A stretch of 64,000 nucleotides of DNA, taken from NCBI GenBank assembly GCA_049324235.1, contig JBMOLJ010000062.1:3663-67662 (forward strand), written 5' to 3'. The stretch is from Bacillota bacterium (GTDB lineage Bacteria > Bacillota > Clostridia > Christensenellales > UBA1431). The notes under the pieces were generated by a model. That model worked only from the letters and a program-made list of their open reading frames with translations. It searched no databases and was not told where the DNA came from. The position numbers were made by a program, and so were the translations under genes. This document shows positions 56,998 to 64,000 of this stretch, piece by piece (the stretch's first letter is position 1; each line of letters starts with the position of its first letter).

Positions 56998-57483
56998 CTA
57001 CGTACGCGCACACTCTCCGCCGCGCCCGGTGAGTATCTCTATGCCGTGCGCGAGCGCGGGCAGGACCACCTCCAGGCACTCCGCAACGGCCTTGGGGCTG
57101 CCGGGCAGGTTGATGATGAGCGTCTGTCCCACGATGCCGGCGACGGAGCGCGTGAGCATGGCGCGGGAAGTGATTGCCAGGCTTTTTGCGCGCATGGCTT
57201 CCGGTATGCCCGGAACCTCTCTTTCAATGACGTCGCGCGTGGCCTCGGGTGTTACGTCGCGCGGTGAAAAGCCTGTCCCGCCGGTGGTGAGGATAAGCTC
57301 CACGCCTCTTTCTGCAAGGCTTCGCATCTCGTCCGCGAGCACCTTTCGCTCATCGGGCAATACAACATAATGCTCCACCTGCGCTATTTCGCTGATCATA
57401 CCCATGATCACCTGCGCGCTTTTATCCTCCCGCTCCCCTTTATGCCCTTTGTCGCTTGCCGTAATGATTGCAGCACGTATCAT
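56998..57483 (-). CDS. MogA/MoaB-family molybdopterin adenylyltransferase-like protein
   Basis: IITASDKG...LILTTGGTGFSPRDVTPEAT...INLPGSPKA motifs. ATG at 57483 has GGAGGTG upstream; the ORF is open to 57507. Confidence 0.85.
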   Translation of the reverse strand: MIRAAIITASDKGHKGEREDKSAQVIMGMISEIAQVEHYVVLPDERKVLADEMRSLAERGVELILTTGGTGFSPRDVTPEATRDVIEREVPGIPEAMRAKSLAITSRAMLTRSVAGIVGQTLIINLPGSPKAVAECLEVVLPALAHGIEILTGRGGECART

Positions 57484-57507
57484 ATTTATAAAGCACCTCC
57501 GTTTCAT

Positions 57508-57960
57508 TTATCTGTTCGTATTGTCGCCCAGTTTTTGATTTTCCCTTGATATTTTCAGGCGTCTTTTCAGTTCCTTTGCCTCCGCAATAACCCGTTCTAT
57601 CGCAACGCCTGAACGCCACGCATGCTCCGCGGGTTCTCCCTGTTCATCCGGCTTTGCGTAGACCCAGACTTCGCAGGCGCTCCCGTCTTCCAGATATGCG
57701 CATGTACTTATCCTGATATAGCTCGGGACCTCCTCCCACCGGTCGGCTATGTGAAGCTGTTCCTCCGATAAAACAAGGATACATCCTTCGACTGAATACC
57801 CTGTCTCCCCCCTGACGAAAAAATACCCGTCGCTGCCGCAATAGACCCTCCAGTTTATAAGGACGGCCTTTTCCATTTCGACCTGCTGCCCGAACAGTAT
57901 TTCTTGTATTTCAGGTTCCTTTAAGGTCCCGTATGAAAACAGCCCGATCTTTCCTTCCAA
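57508..57960 (-). CDS. Gamma-glutamylcyclotransferase (AIG2/GGCT-like) family protein
   Basis: N-terminal LFSYGTLKEPEIQ (YGTL motif). TTG start has GGGGG upstream. Confidence 0.68.
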   Translation of the reverse strand: MEGKIGLFSYGTLKEPEIQEILFGQQVEMEKAVLINWRVYCGSDGYFFVRGETGYSVEGCILVLSEEQLHIADRWEEVPSYIRISTCAYLEDGSACEVWVYAKPDEQGEPAEHAWRSGVAIERVIAEAKELKRRLKISRENQKLGDNTNR

Positions 57961-58063
57961 CGGACAACCCCCGTTTACATACTTTAGCTACGATTATAGC
58001 AGATACGTGCCCAAAGTGCGCGCCTCAATGTAAAACCAAAACAGGAAATATCCCAAAAGTATA

Positions 58064-58085
58064 CGGGAGGGCAAACGCCCTCCCG
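58064..58085 (-). terminator. Terminator after the FGGY kinase gene
   Basis: CGGGAGGGC-4 nt-GCCCTCCCG. On the minus strand it is followed by TATACTTTTGGG. Confidence 0.6.
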
Positions 58086-58144
58086 CCATATTTTTGTGCT
58101 GGAGTGGGGTGGAGACACGCCAACACCGGTTATGCCGCTGATTC

Positions 58145-59713
58145 TTAGTGATGCTCGGCCTGGAACTTCACGATGCCCGGGAAGAACTTCGCCCTCAGAT
58201 CATTAAAGCCATCATTGAACACTGCGAAAAGCTCTTCGTAGGTCTTGACGTTCGCGGGAATGGGCTCGAACCTCTTGTCGACGTGGACCATGTTCTTCTC
58301 GGCTTCCACGACGTCCTTATACATGCCCACGCCCACAGCCGCCAGCATCGCGGCGCCCAGAGCGGTCGCCTCGCTGACTTCCACGGTCTCGACTACGCTG
58401 CCGTAAATGTCGGCCTGGATTTGGTTCCACACGTCGGAGCGCGCGGCGCCGCCGGTGACGCGCAGCAGCTCAAACGGTTTCAAGCCGCCCAGCTTGAGCG
58501 CTTCGAGCATCTGCTTCATCTCGAAGCAGATTCCTTCCATCGCCGCACGGTACAGGTCGGCCTTCGTATGCGCAAGCGTCATGCCGATAAAGGCGGCCCT
58601 TGCCTTATCCTCATAGTACGGGCAGGCTTCGCCGGCAAGCCACGGGAAGAAGATCGCGCCCTTGGCGCCCGGAATGGATTTCGCAGCCTGCGCCGTGAGC
58701 AGTTCGTACACATCTACGCCGAGGAGGTTCGATGCGCCGACCTCGATATCGCTGATCGTGTTTTTGACCCACCTGAATGCACTGGCTGCCGCGCTGGCGT
58801 GGCCTTCCATCGTCCAGTGGCCGGTGCCCGGGTGCCCGAGAATGTGGCAGGCTGCGCTGGGGTGGCGTACCGGAACATCGGAATAACCGATGCAAAGTCC
58901 TGCCGTGCCCAGACATATGGAAGCGAGTCCGGCCCGCACGTTGCCGACGCCAATCGCGCCGCACTGCTGGTCGCCGCCGCCCATAATAAGGGGCGTGCCT
59001 TCCTTCAGGCCGGTCTTCTCGGCGATATCCTTGGGAACCTGGCCCACCTGGACGCAGGACTTGTAGTTCTTCGGATACTTGTTAATGTCGACGTCGAACA
59101 CTTCTGCCAGCTTGGGGTCATATTCGAAGGTGTCGGCATTACAGATCTGCCACCAGTTGGCATCGGCTTCGTCATCATACCAGTCGTCCCTCGCGCCCAT
59201 TGCCCTGATAAGCAGCGCCTGCGGCGTGACCATCTTGTAGGTCTTTTCATAGAGGTCGGGATGATGCTTCTTGAACCAGTAGACCTTGCTGGACGGCCAC
59301 ACGGCGCCCTTCGGGAACCCGCTTATTTTATACAGCTCTGCCCAGTCCATGCCGTACATGGCCATGCGCTCTTCCATCCAGGGGAACATCTCGACGCCTC
59401 TGAGGTCCTGCCAGATGAAAATGTTGTGCAGGAAGTTGCCGTCCTTGTCCACGGGAACGAAGGTGGAGCGCATGTTGGTGAAGCTCACCGCGGCGATGTC
59501 CTCGCCCTTCAGGTTGCCTTTGGCAATAGCCGCCGCCGTCGATTTCACGGCCAGATCCATGAAGTCCTCGGCGCGCTGCTCAACCCAACCCGGCTTCGGA
59601 TAAAAAGTCGGCGTCTCGAAATATGCGCTGCTGACCTCTCTGCCCTGCTCGTCCACGATAACGCAACGTACACCCATGGTACCTCCGTCGATACCCGCAA
59701 GGTATTTACCCAT
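58145..59713 (-). CDS. FGGY-family carbohydrate kinase (substrate unknown)
   Basis: YLAGIDGGTMGVR N-terminal phosphate-1 motif, GGGDQQCGAIG and TGGAARS motifs. ATG at 59713 has AAAGGAG at 8 nt. Confidence 0.88.
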   Translation of the reverse strand: MGKYLAGIDGGTMGVRCVIVDEQGREVSSAYFETPTFYPKPGWVEQRAEDFMDLAVKSTAAAIAKGNLKGEDIAAVSFTNMRSTFVPVDKDGNFLHNIFIWQDLRGVEMFPWMEERMAMYGMDWAELYKISGFPKGAVWPSSKVYWFKKHHPDLYEKTYKMVTPQALLIRAMGARDDWYDDEADANWWQICNADTFEYDPKLAEVFDVDINKYPKNYKSCVQVGQVPKDIAEKTGLKEGTPLIMGGGDQQCGAIGVGNVRAGLASICLGTAGLCIGYSDVPVRHPSAACHILGHPGTGHWTMEGHASAAASAFRWVKNTISDIEVGASNLLGVDVYELLTAQAAKSIPGAKGAIFFPWLAGEACPYYEDKARAAFIGMTLAHTKADLYRAAMEGICFEMKQMLEALKLGGLKPFELLRVTGGAARSDVWNQIQADIYGSVVETVEVSEATALGAAMLAAVGVGMYKDVVEAEKNMVHVDKRFEPIPANVKTYEELFAVFNDGFNDLRAKFFPGIVKFQAEHH

Positions 59714-60061
59714 TTTCATAGCTCCTTTCTTTAATACACGGTTTGTGTCTTTTAAATCTGACTTCCCAGGTTCTGCCATTCCAACCATAAGCTTTTGGCG
59801 CTGAACCGGACGACTTTTATTTACGGTTCAGCCTGTTGCCTCCAAGTGATCGCTGATAACCTCCATCCACCTCCCGATTCGGATTGAGCCGCCAAGCCAT
59901 ACGGTAAACATTTGTTTTATGGAGTAATATTGAGCATGCCCCATAGTTGCGCGGGAGATTAAGCAAAACTTTTCCGTCCCGTGTTTCCCCGCAGCACACC
60001 CATTTTGCCGGTATACACATACGGGGCATGCTTCAAATCATTCGTTATTTTAGTGATCCGG

Positions 60062-61216
60062 CTACATCAGCCGCTTGAAAAGGTCTCCCCACTCCTCGCC
60101 GGTGAGCTGGACGGGGTTGCCGCTCATGCTGCTGCCGAAGCACTCCCTGCCCATGGTCTCGGCAAGTTCCTCTGTAACGCCCAGCTCTTTGAGGTCCGCC
60201 GGTATGCCGATATGGGCATTGAGGTCCTTAATAAACTGAATTGCCGCTTTCGTGCCCTCTCCCGGCTGATCAAACCGCTTGCCGGCAAACGCCTCGCCGA
60301 CCGCGTCATACAGCGTCGGATTGCCCTGTGCGTTGATTTCCATGACGTAGGGCAGTGTAACGCCTACGCCAAAACCGTGCGGCACAGGATAATAGATGTT
60401 GATTGCCATGCCCAGGCCGTGTGCCGCGCCCAGACCGCTGTTTGAAAAAGATATGCCTCCCAGGTACGCGGCCAGTGACATGCCTTCCCTTGCCTCCAGA
60501 TCCTCGCCGTTGTCATAGGCCCTCTTGAGATAGCGCCCCGCCAGCTCAAGCCCCTGCAGCGCGAGCGCCTTGGTCATAGGGTTCGCTTTCCACGTGGCGT
60601 ATGCTTCCATCAGGTGCGTCATAGCGTCTATACCTGCTATGGCCGTGACTTTCGGGGGCGCGCTCACGCAGAGCTGCGGATCCAGTATGCACAGGTTCGC
60701 GATAAGCTGATCGTCGCGCATGCTGCGCTTGAAGTGCTCTTTCTTGGAGCCTATGACCGCGTTTTTGGTCACCTCCGCGCCGGTCCCTGCTGTGGTTGGC
60801 ATCGCAATAAAGGGCAGCGGCGGATTTTCCACCTTTCGGCCTGTGCCCACAAACTCGAGATATTCCTTCACGTGCCCGCCGTTGGTGATGACCCCTGCCG
60901 CAGCCTTCCCGACATCGATCGAGCTTCCGCCGCCGATGGACAGCACGGCGTCGCATCCGAATGCACGCGCCTGCTCAGAAGCATCGTCCACATATGAAAC
61001 GTCGGGCTCCCCAACAACGCCGAGATAACAGGTATAGGCGATTCCAAGAGAATCGAGCTGCGCCTGTACCTTCGCAAGCGTGCCGTTCTTCTCGAAAACA
61101 GGATCGATAACGATTAAAAACCTTTTCCCGTATCCGCCGATATACTGGCCGATATCGTCGAGCGCGCCGCTTTTAAAAACTGTTTTCATGGGTGCAATAA
61201 ACGAAAATTCCATCAC
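60062..61216 (-). CDS. Iron-containing (group III) alcohol dehydrogenase
   Basis: GGGSSIDVGKAAA, a metal-binding His cluster (AMTHLMEAY, GAAHGLGMA). 384 aa. Confidence 0.88.
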   Translation of the reverse strand: MMEFSFIAPMKTVFKSGALDDIGQYIGGYGKRFLIVIDPVFEKNGTLAKVQAQLDSLGIAYTCYLGVVGEPDVSYVDDASEQARAFGCDAVLSIGGGSSIDVGKAAAGVITNGGHVKEYLEFVGTGRKVENPPLPFIAMPTTAGTGAEVTKNAVIGSKKEHFKRSMRDDQLIANLCILDPQLCVSAPPKVTAIAGIDAMTHLMEAYATWKANPMTKALALQGLELAGRYLKRAYDNGEDLEAREGMSLAAYLGGISFSNSGLGAAHGLGMAINIYYPVPHGFGVGVTLPYVMEINAQGNPTLYDAVGEAFAGKRFDQPGEGTKAAIQFIKDLNAHIGIPADLKELGVTEELAETMGRECFGSSMSGNPVQLTGEEWGDLFKRLM

Positions 61217-61310
61217 GCGCCTCCTTTTCTATGGCGTAACGCCACAAAACTAAGCATGATAAGCAATATCGAAAGCGGGTTTTGTGGCGGTTAAAGTTTT
61301 TGCGGAAAGC

Positions 61311-61349
61311 ATATATTCCATCCGGGTGCAGTACCCGGGTGGAATATAT
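61311..61349 (-). terminator. Strong hairpin (17-bp stem) between the aldolase and ADH genes; terminator or attenuator
   Basis: ATATATTCCATCCGGGT-gcagt-ACCCGGGTGGAATATAT with one mismatch. The U-run is poor. Confidence 0.5.
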
Positions 61350-61358
61350 CTTCTTTAT

Positions 61359-62081
61359 TTATCCTTTATACGGGGGAACGATCCCGATATCGCGCATCTG
61401 CTGCAATGCGTTGATCATGGGAACCGCGGCACGCGTGCCGATGAGGTCCGCACCGGCCATCAGGAACACATACGCGTTCTGGGGACGGGGGAATTTCACG
61501 CCGGCAACCTTGGTCTTCGTCTTGGTGCCCTTGCAGACGTTGTACATGACCAGGAACTGCTCGAGCGTCGGACCGGTAAACTGGCCGGACGAGGTCTTCG
61601 CATAATCCATGCCGGTCTCAACGATCAGTTTTGTTCCGTCCGCGATCTGCTGGTCGGTCAGGAACTCTATGTCCATGATGACTTTGGTAATAGCGCCCTG
61701 CGCGGCCTTTTTGAAGTCTTCAAGCTCCTGCCTGACAACTTCGAATTTGCCGTCCTGCAACGCGCCGATGTTCATGACCAGGTCAAAGGCCTTTGCGCCC
61801 ATTTTTACGCCCCACTCCGTTTCAAACGCCTTCACCACGCCAAGGCTCGCGCCGAACGGGAAATCGATGCAGCTGCAGGGGAGAACGTCGGTGCCTTGCA
61901 GTTCTTCAACCACAACAGGAAGGTAATACGGGGACGATACCACGAAGGACATCGTGTTGTACTTGGCGGCATCCTTCGCGCCCGCGCGTATCTCGGCCTC
62001 CGTGCTATTCTTGGGAAGCACGGAAGGATCGAACAGCTTGCCTATATTACTTTCGTTAATCTTTGTGAAATCTACTGCCAT
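61359..62081 (-). CDS. DeoC-family class I aldolase (deoxyribose-phosphate aldolase-like)
   Basis: CSCIDFPFG, DLVMNIG, KVIMDIEFL (Schiff-base Lys region) and AKTSSG motifs. Confidence 0.8.
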   Translation of the reverse strand: MAVDFTKINESNIGKLFDPSVLPKNSTEAEIRAGAKDAAKYNTMSFVVSSPYYLPVVVEELQGTDVLPCSCIDFPFGASLGVVKAFETEWGVKMGAKAFDLVMNIGALQDGKFEVVRQELEDFKKAAQGAITKVIMDIEFLTDQQIADGTKLIVETGMDYAKTSSGQFTGPTLEQFLVMYNVCKGTKTKTKVAGVKFPRPQNAYVFLMAGADLIGTRAAVPMINALQQMRDIGIVPPYKG

Positions 62082-62272
62082 TTAAAACACTCCTTATTGA
62101 TAAATTGTTTAAAACTTGGGGTAATTTCAGTGTAGCATAACGCGCTTACCAAAAAGGGGAACCCTGTTTCCATGCAGCCCGCCCGCATTTCACCGTCCAC
62201 AGGCCACCCGCCCGGCGTAATAAACGGCTCCGGGGCGCCGCGTATGCCGCGCCCCGGCAACCGGCACAGCCT

Positions 62273-63370
62273 TTACTTGCCCTTGGCCGCTTTCTTCGCG
62301 CGTCCGACTTTGTCTGTCTTCTTAATCGCTTCAAGCACGATCTCCGTGGAGAGCTCAACCGGCTCATGGGACATGAAGTTGTACTTGTAGGCGCTTTCCG
62401 CAACCTCTCTCAGTTCCGCATCGGTCACGTTGGGGATATGCAGTTCTTCAAAGGTGACGGGAAGGCCGACATCGATGCAGAAATCATACACTTCGTCCTT
62501 GATGCCCAGGTCGTCGTAAAGTTCCAGGCCGACCAGCGTGCCAAAGGCTACTTTCTCGCCGTGGAACAGGTGGTGCGTCGCCGGAAGCACTGTCAGGCCG
62601 TTGTGGACAGAGTGCGCGGACCCCAGCCCGCCGCTCTCGAAGCCGATGCCCGAAAGCAGCGTGTTCGCCTCGATAACGGCTTCCACCGCCTCGGATTTGA
62701 TGCCTTTCTTCGCATCCTCCACAGCCTGACGGCCATACTTGAGCAGCATATCCAGGCAGAGCCTGGAAAGCGCCATAGCGGTCTTGGTCCGCAGGGCGAA
62801 GGCTTCGCTCAGGGAACCGGTACGCTCGCACGAGTTTGCCTCGAAGAATGTGGCGAGCGCATCGCCCATGCCCGAAATGAGGAAACGCACCGGCGCCTTG
62901 CAGATGATGTCGGTATCGATGAGCACGACGTCGGGGTTGTGCTTCTGGTACAGGACTTCCACATACACGCCTTCATCCGTATACACCACGGCGCAGCCCG
63001 AGCACGGCGCGTCCGTAGCGGCGATGGTTGCGGCGATCACTACGGGAATGTTCAGTTCATCCGCAACGACCTTGCATGCATCGATGGGCTTGCCTCCCCC
63101 GATGGCAGCCACAGCCGTAGCGCCAAAGTCTTTTGCCAGGCCCTTTAAACGGTCGATTTCATTTCTGCTGCACTCGCCGCCAAACTGTATGACCTGCCCT
63201 TTGCTCCCCATCAGTTGCTTGGCGGTGGCCACCATGGATTTGGTTGCCACGATAAAAGGTTTGTCCCCGAACTTTTCCATGACTTCGGGAAGGAAGTTGA
63301 TCGCACCATCTCCCTGAATATACTTGCATGGGAAAATCATGACTTTCATGTCCTTGAGTTCACTCATCAC
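62273..63370 (-). CDS. gldA: Glycerol dehydrogenase (GldA family, Zn-dependent group III ADH)
   Basis: IGGGKPIDACK, TIAATDAPCS and HSVHNGLT...HGEKVAFG metal ligands. 365 aa. Confidence 0.86.
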   Translation of the reverse strand: MMSELKDMKVMIFPCKYIQGDGAINFLPEVMEKFGDKPFIVATKSMVATAKQLMGSKGQVIQFGGECSRNEIDRLKGLAKDFGATAVAAIGGGKPIDACKVVADELNIPVVIAATIAATDAPCSGCAVVYTDEGVYVEVLYQKHNPDVVLIDTDIICKAPVRFLISGMGDALATFFEANSCERTGSLSEAFALRTKTAMALSRLCLDMLLKYGRQAVEDAKKGIKSEAVEAVIEANTLLSGIGFESGGLGSAHSVHNGLTVLPATHHLFHGEKVAFGTLVGLELYDDLGIKDEVYDFCIDVGLPVTFEELHIPNVTDAELREVAESAYKYNFMSHEPVELSTEIVLEAIKKTDKVGRAKKAAKGK

Positions 63371-63601
63371 AATCTACTCCTTTTTATAATTTTTCCTGGT
63401 GGCAATGCCCCAAGCTTTTTTTCTTTTGTAACCGTGCGAACTCCACTCCCACTATGCGTACCGGATTATTACAGAGTATGTATTATCATATATTTATATG
63501 TATGAATATGTAACGATTGCTTCATTCATTCGTTTCTTATCGGATAATGCAAGTGTAGCATAGCGTCCTGTCCAAAAACGGTCAGCGCGCCGCCCCTCTC
63601 A

Positions 63602-63643
63602 CCAAAAAAGCCGCGCCTGAAAGGCCCGACTCAGGTAAGCGGC
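63602..63643 (-). terminator. Rho-independent terminator for a minus-strand transcript entering from the right
   Basis: Reverse strand reads GCCGCTTACCTGA-10 nt-TCAGGCGCGGC followed by TTTTTTGG. Confidence 0.6.
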
Positions 63644-63848
63644 AAACCCATTTATTACAGCACAAAAAAGGGTTCTAAATGTTGGAGTGAAGGAAAAAAG
63701 CAGAGCATTTTATCTGTACATCTTGTAAAGTGTAATTGACCAAAATAAACACGCAGGATGGTGAACAGAAAAATGCTCCAAACTGATTTTACTAAAGAAC
63801 TGCTGGATTTAAAGGTGCTCAGCCCTCATGCACAACATAACACAGGAC

Positions 63849-63969
63849 ATGAAGCACAAGCAATCCCTTATGTGCTGCGCACTAAGGTTCGGCGTTGCGC
63901 GCGCCGCGCGCAAGTATAACCGCTGCCGTTCCTACATCTACCGCTGGCTGAAACGCTATGACGATTGAC
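63849..63969 (+). pseudogene. Isolated N-terminal HTH fragment of an IS (IS481/IS3-like) transposase
   Basis: The 40-aa ORF MKHKQSLMCCALRFGVARAARKYNRCRSYIYRWLKRYDD* matches the common GVSxAARKYxVSRxTIYRWxKRY HTH pattern and then stops. An overlapping frame (63773-) begins MLQTDFTKELLDLK, reminiscent of ISL3 N-termini. Confidence 0.3.
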
Positions 63970-64000
63970 TTTGAACCCCAAAAAATTCCCCGGCAATGCT

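Noticed and set aside
58148-59734. 528-aa ORF on the plus strand, the largest of many long antisense ORFs. Others include 35536-36465, 34521-35342, 33573-34244, 4385-5320, 4827-5648, 6847-7860, 7925-8599, 9345-10157, 18696-19754, 42569-43327, 43800-44702, 46697-47242, 61284-62135, 62366-63148, 29747-30508 and 32144-32821.
   Set aside because: Each lies exactly opposite a gene with strong family-level sequence signatures (FGGY kinase, J-protein, ClpB, RibD/E, ThiC/M/D, GGDEF, the Wbp-like enzymes, aldolase, GldA, SRAP and so on). Their translations are low-complexity and Arg/Ala/Pro/Ser-rich, typical of shadow frames in GC-rich coding DNA, and they lack RBS signals.
59817-60029. 70-aa minus-strand ORF in the ADH-kinase spacer.
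   Set aside because: It has no RBS, a Cys/Arg/Asn-rich composition and no homology. It overlaps the long-range helix, so the region is treated as non-coding leader RNA.
62129-63578. Sigma-54 (-24/-12) interpretation of the repeated TTTTTGG...TATGCT motif.
   Set aside because: The GG to GC spacing is 12 nt in both copies rather than the strict 10 nt of TGGCAC-N5-TTGC, and no enhancer-binding protein gene is nearby.
1-64000. Scan for CRISPR arrays, rRNA genes, intact IS elements/integrases, toxin-antitoxin pairs or known defence-system hallmarks (nuclease/helicase/ATPase/RT combinations).
   Set aside because: None was seen. The only WYL protein heads a small non-enzymatic operon, the only IS signal is a short fragment at 63.8-64.0 kb, and no regularly spaced direct repeats were found by eye.

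Overview
64-kb chromosomal window that looks like it comes from an endospore-forming Firmicute, probably Clostridia-like. Evidence: a gerA/C/B receptor operon, DUF421/DUF4363, a CotJC-like gene, a CtsR box, sigma-A type promoters and AGGAGG ribosome-binding sites. Most genes are GC-rich, and this produces many long antisense shadow ORFs. Layout: (1) 1-10.2 kb holds three cofactor operons. These are pdxST (B6) with a divergent PdxR-like fragment, ribD-E-BA-H behind an FMN riboswitch, and thiC-M-E-D behind a TPP riboswitch, with the two riboswitch operons back to back. (2) 10-18 kb holds envelope and spore-related accessory genes: a CotJC-like ferritin-fold protein, two Amidase_6 proteins flanking a repeat lipoprotein, patatin, a YkvI-like permease and a decayed gerA fragment. 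(3) 18.6-20.6 kb holds a CheY-like REC, a CheC-like phosphatase and a PAS-GGDEF gene. (4) 20.8-28.6 kb holds DUF421/DUF4363, a WYL-regulator operon (two DUF3795 genes plus a GyrI-like gene) and a germinant receptor operon. (5) 28.7-32.8 kb holds a zinc-ribbon membrane protein with a papain-like Cys/His signature, an Lgt-family paralogue, a mini membrane protein and an SRAP peptidase. (6) 32.9-36.5 kb holds a J-protein/clpB operon with a CtsR operator. (7) 38.2-56.2 kb holds a minus-strand surface-polysaccharide locus. It contains a priming transferase, DUF354, a Wzy-like protein, two GT4 genes, a five-gene WbpA/B/E/D/I-like UDP-ManNAc3NAcA set, a Wzx flippase and a pyruvyl transferase with an FrhB-like partner. 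The locus is split by an oppositely oriented, AT-richer arsR-arsD-arsA cassette that has no permease. (8) 56.4-56.8 kb holds tRNA-Gln(CUG) preceded by a free-standing RNA of about 215 nt with its own promoter and terminator, carrying cobalamin-riboswitch-like motifs. (9) 57-63.4 kb holds mog/GGCT genes and a gldA / DeoC-like aldolase / Fe-ADH / FGGY-kinase catabolic cluster with repeated promoter-like motifs. (10) The right edge carries IS-transposase N-terminal debris. No CRISPR array, rRNA, intact mobile element or recognisable defence system was seen. The most unusual items are the orphan riboswitch-like RNA, the pump-less ars cassette with incomplete metalloid-binding cysteines inside the EPS locus, and the zinc-ribbon/peptidase/Lgt-like gene trio.
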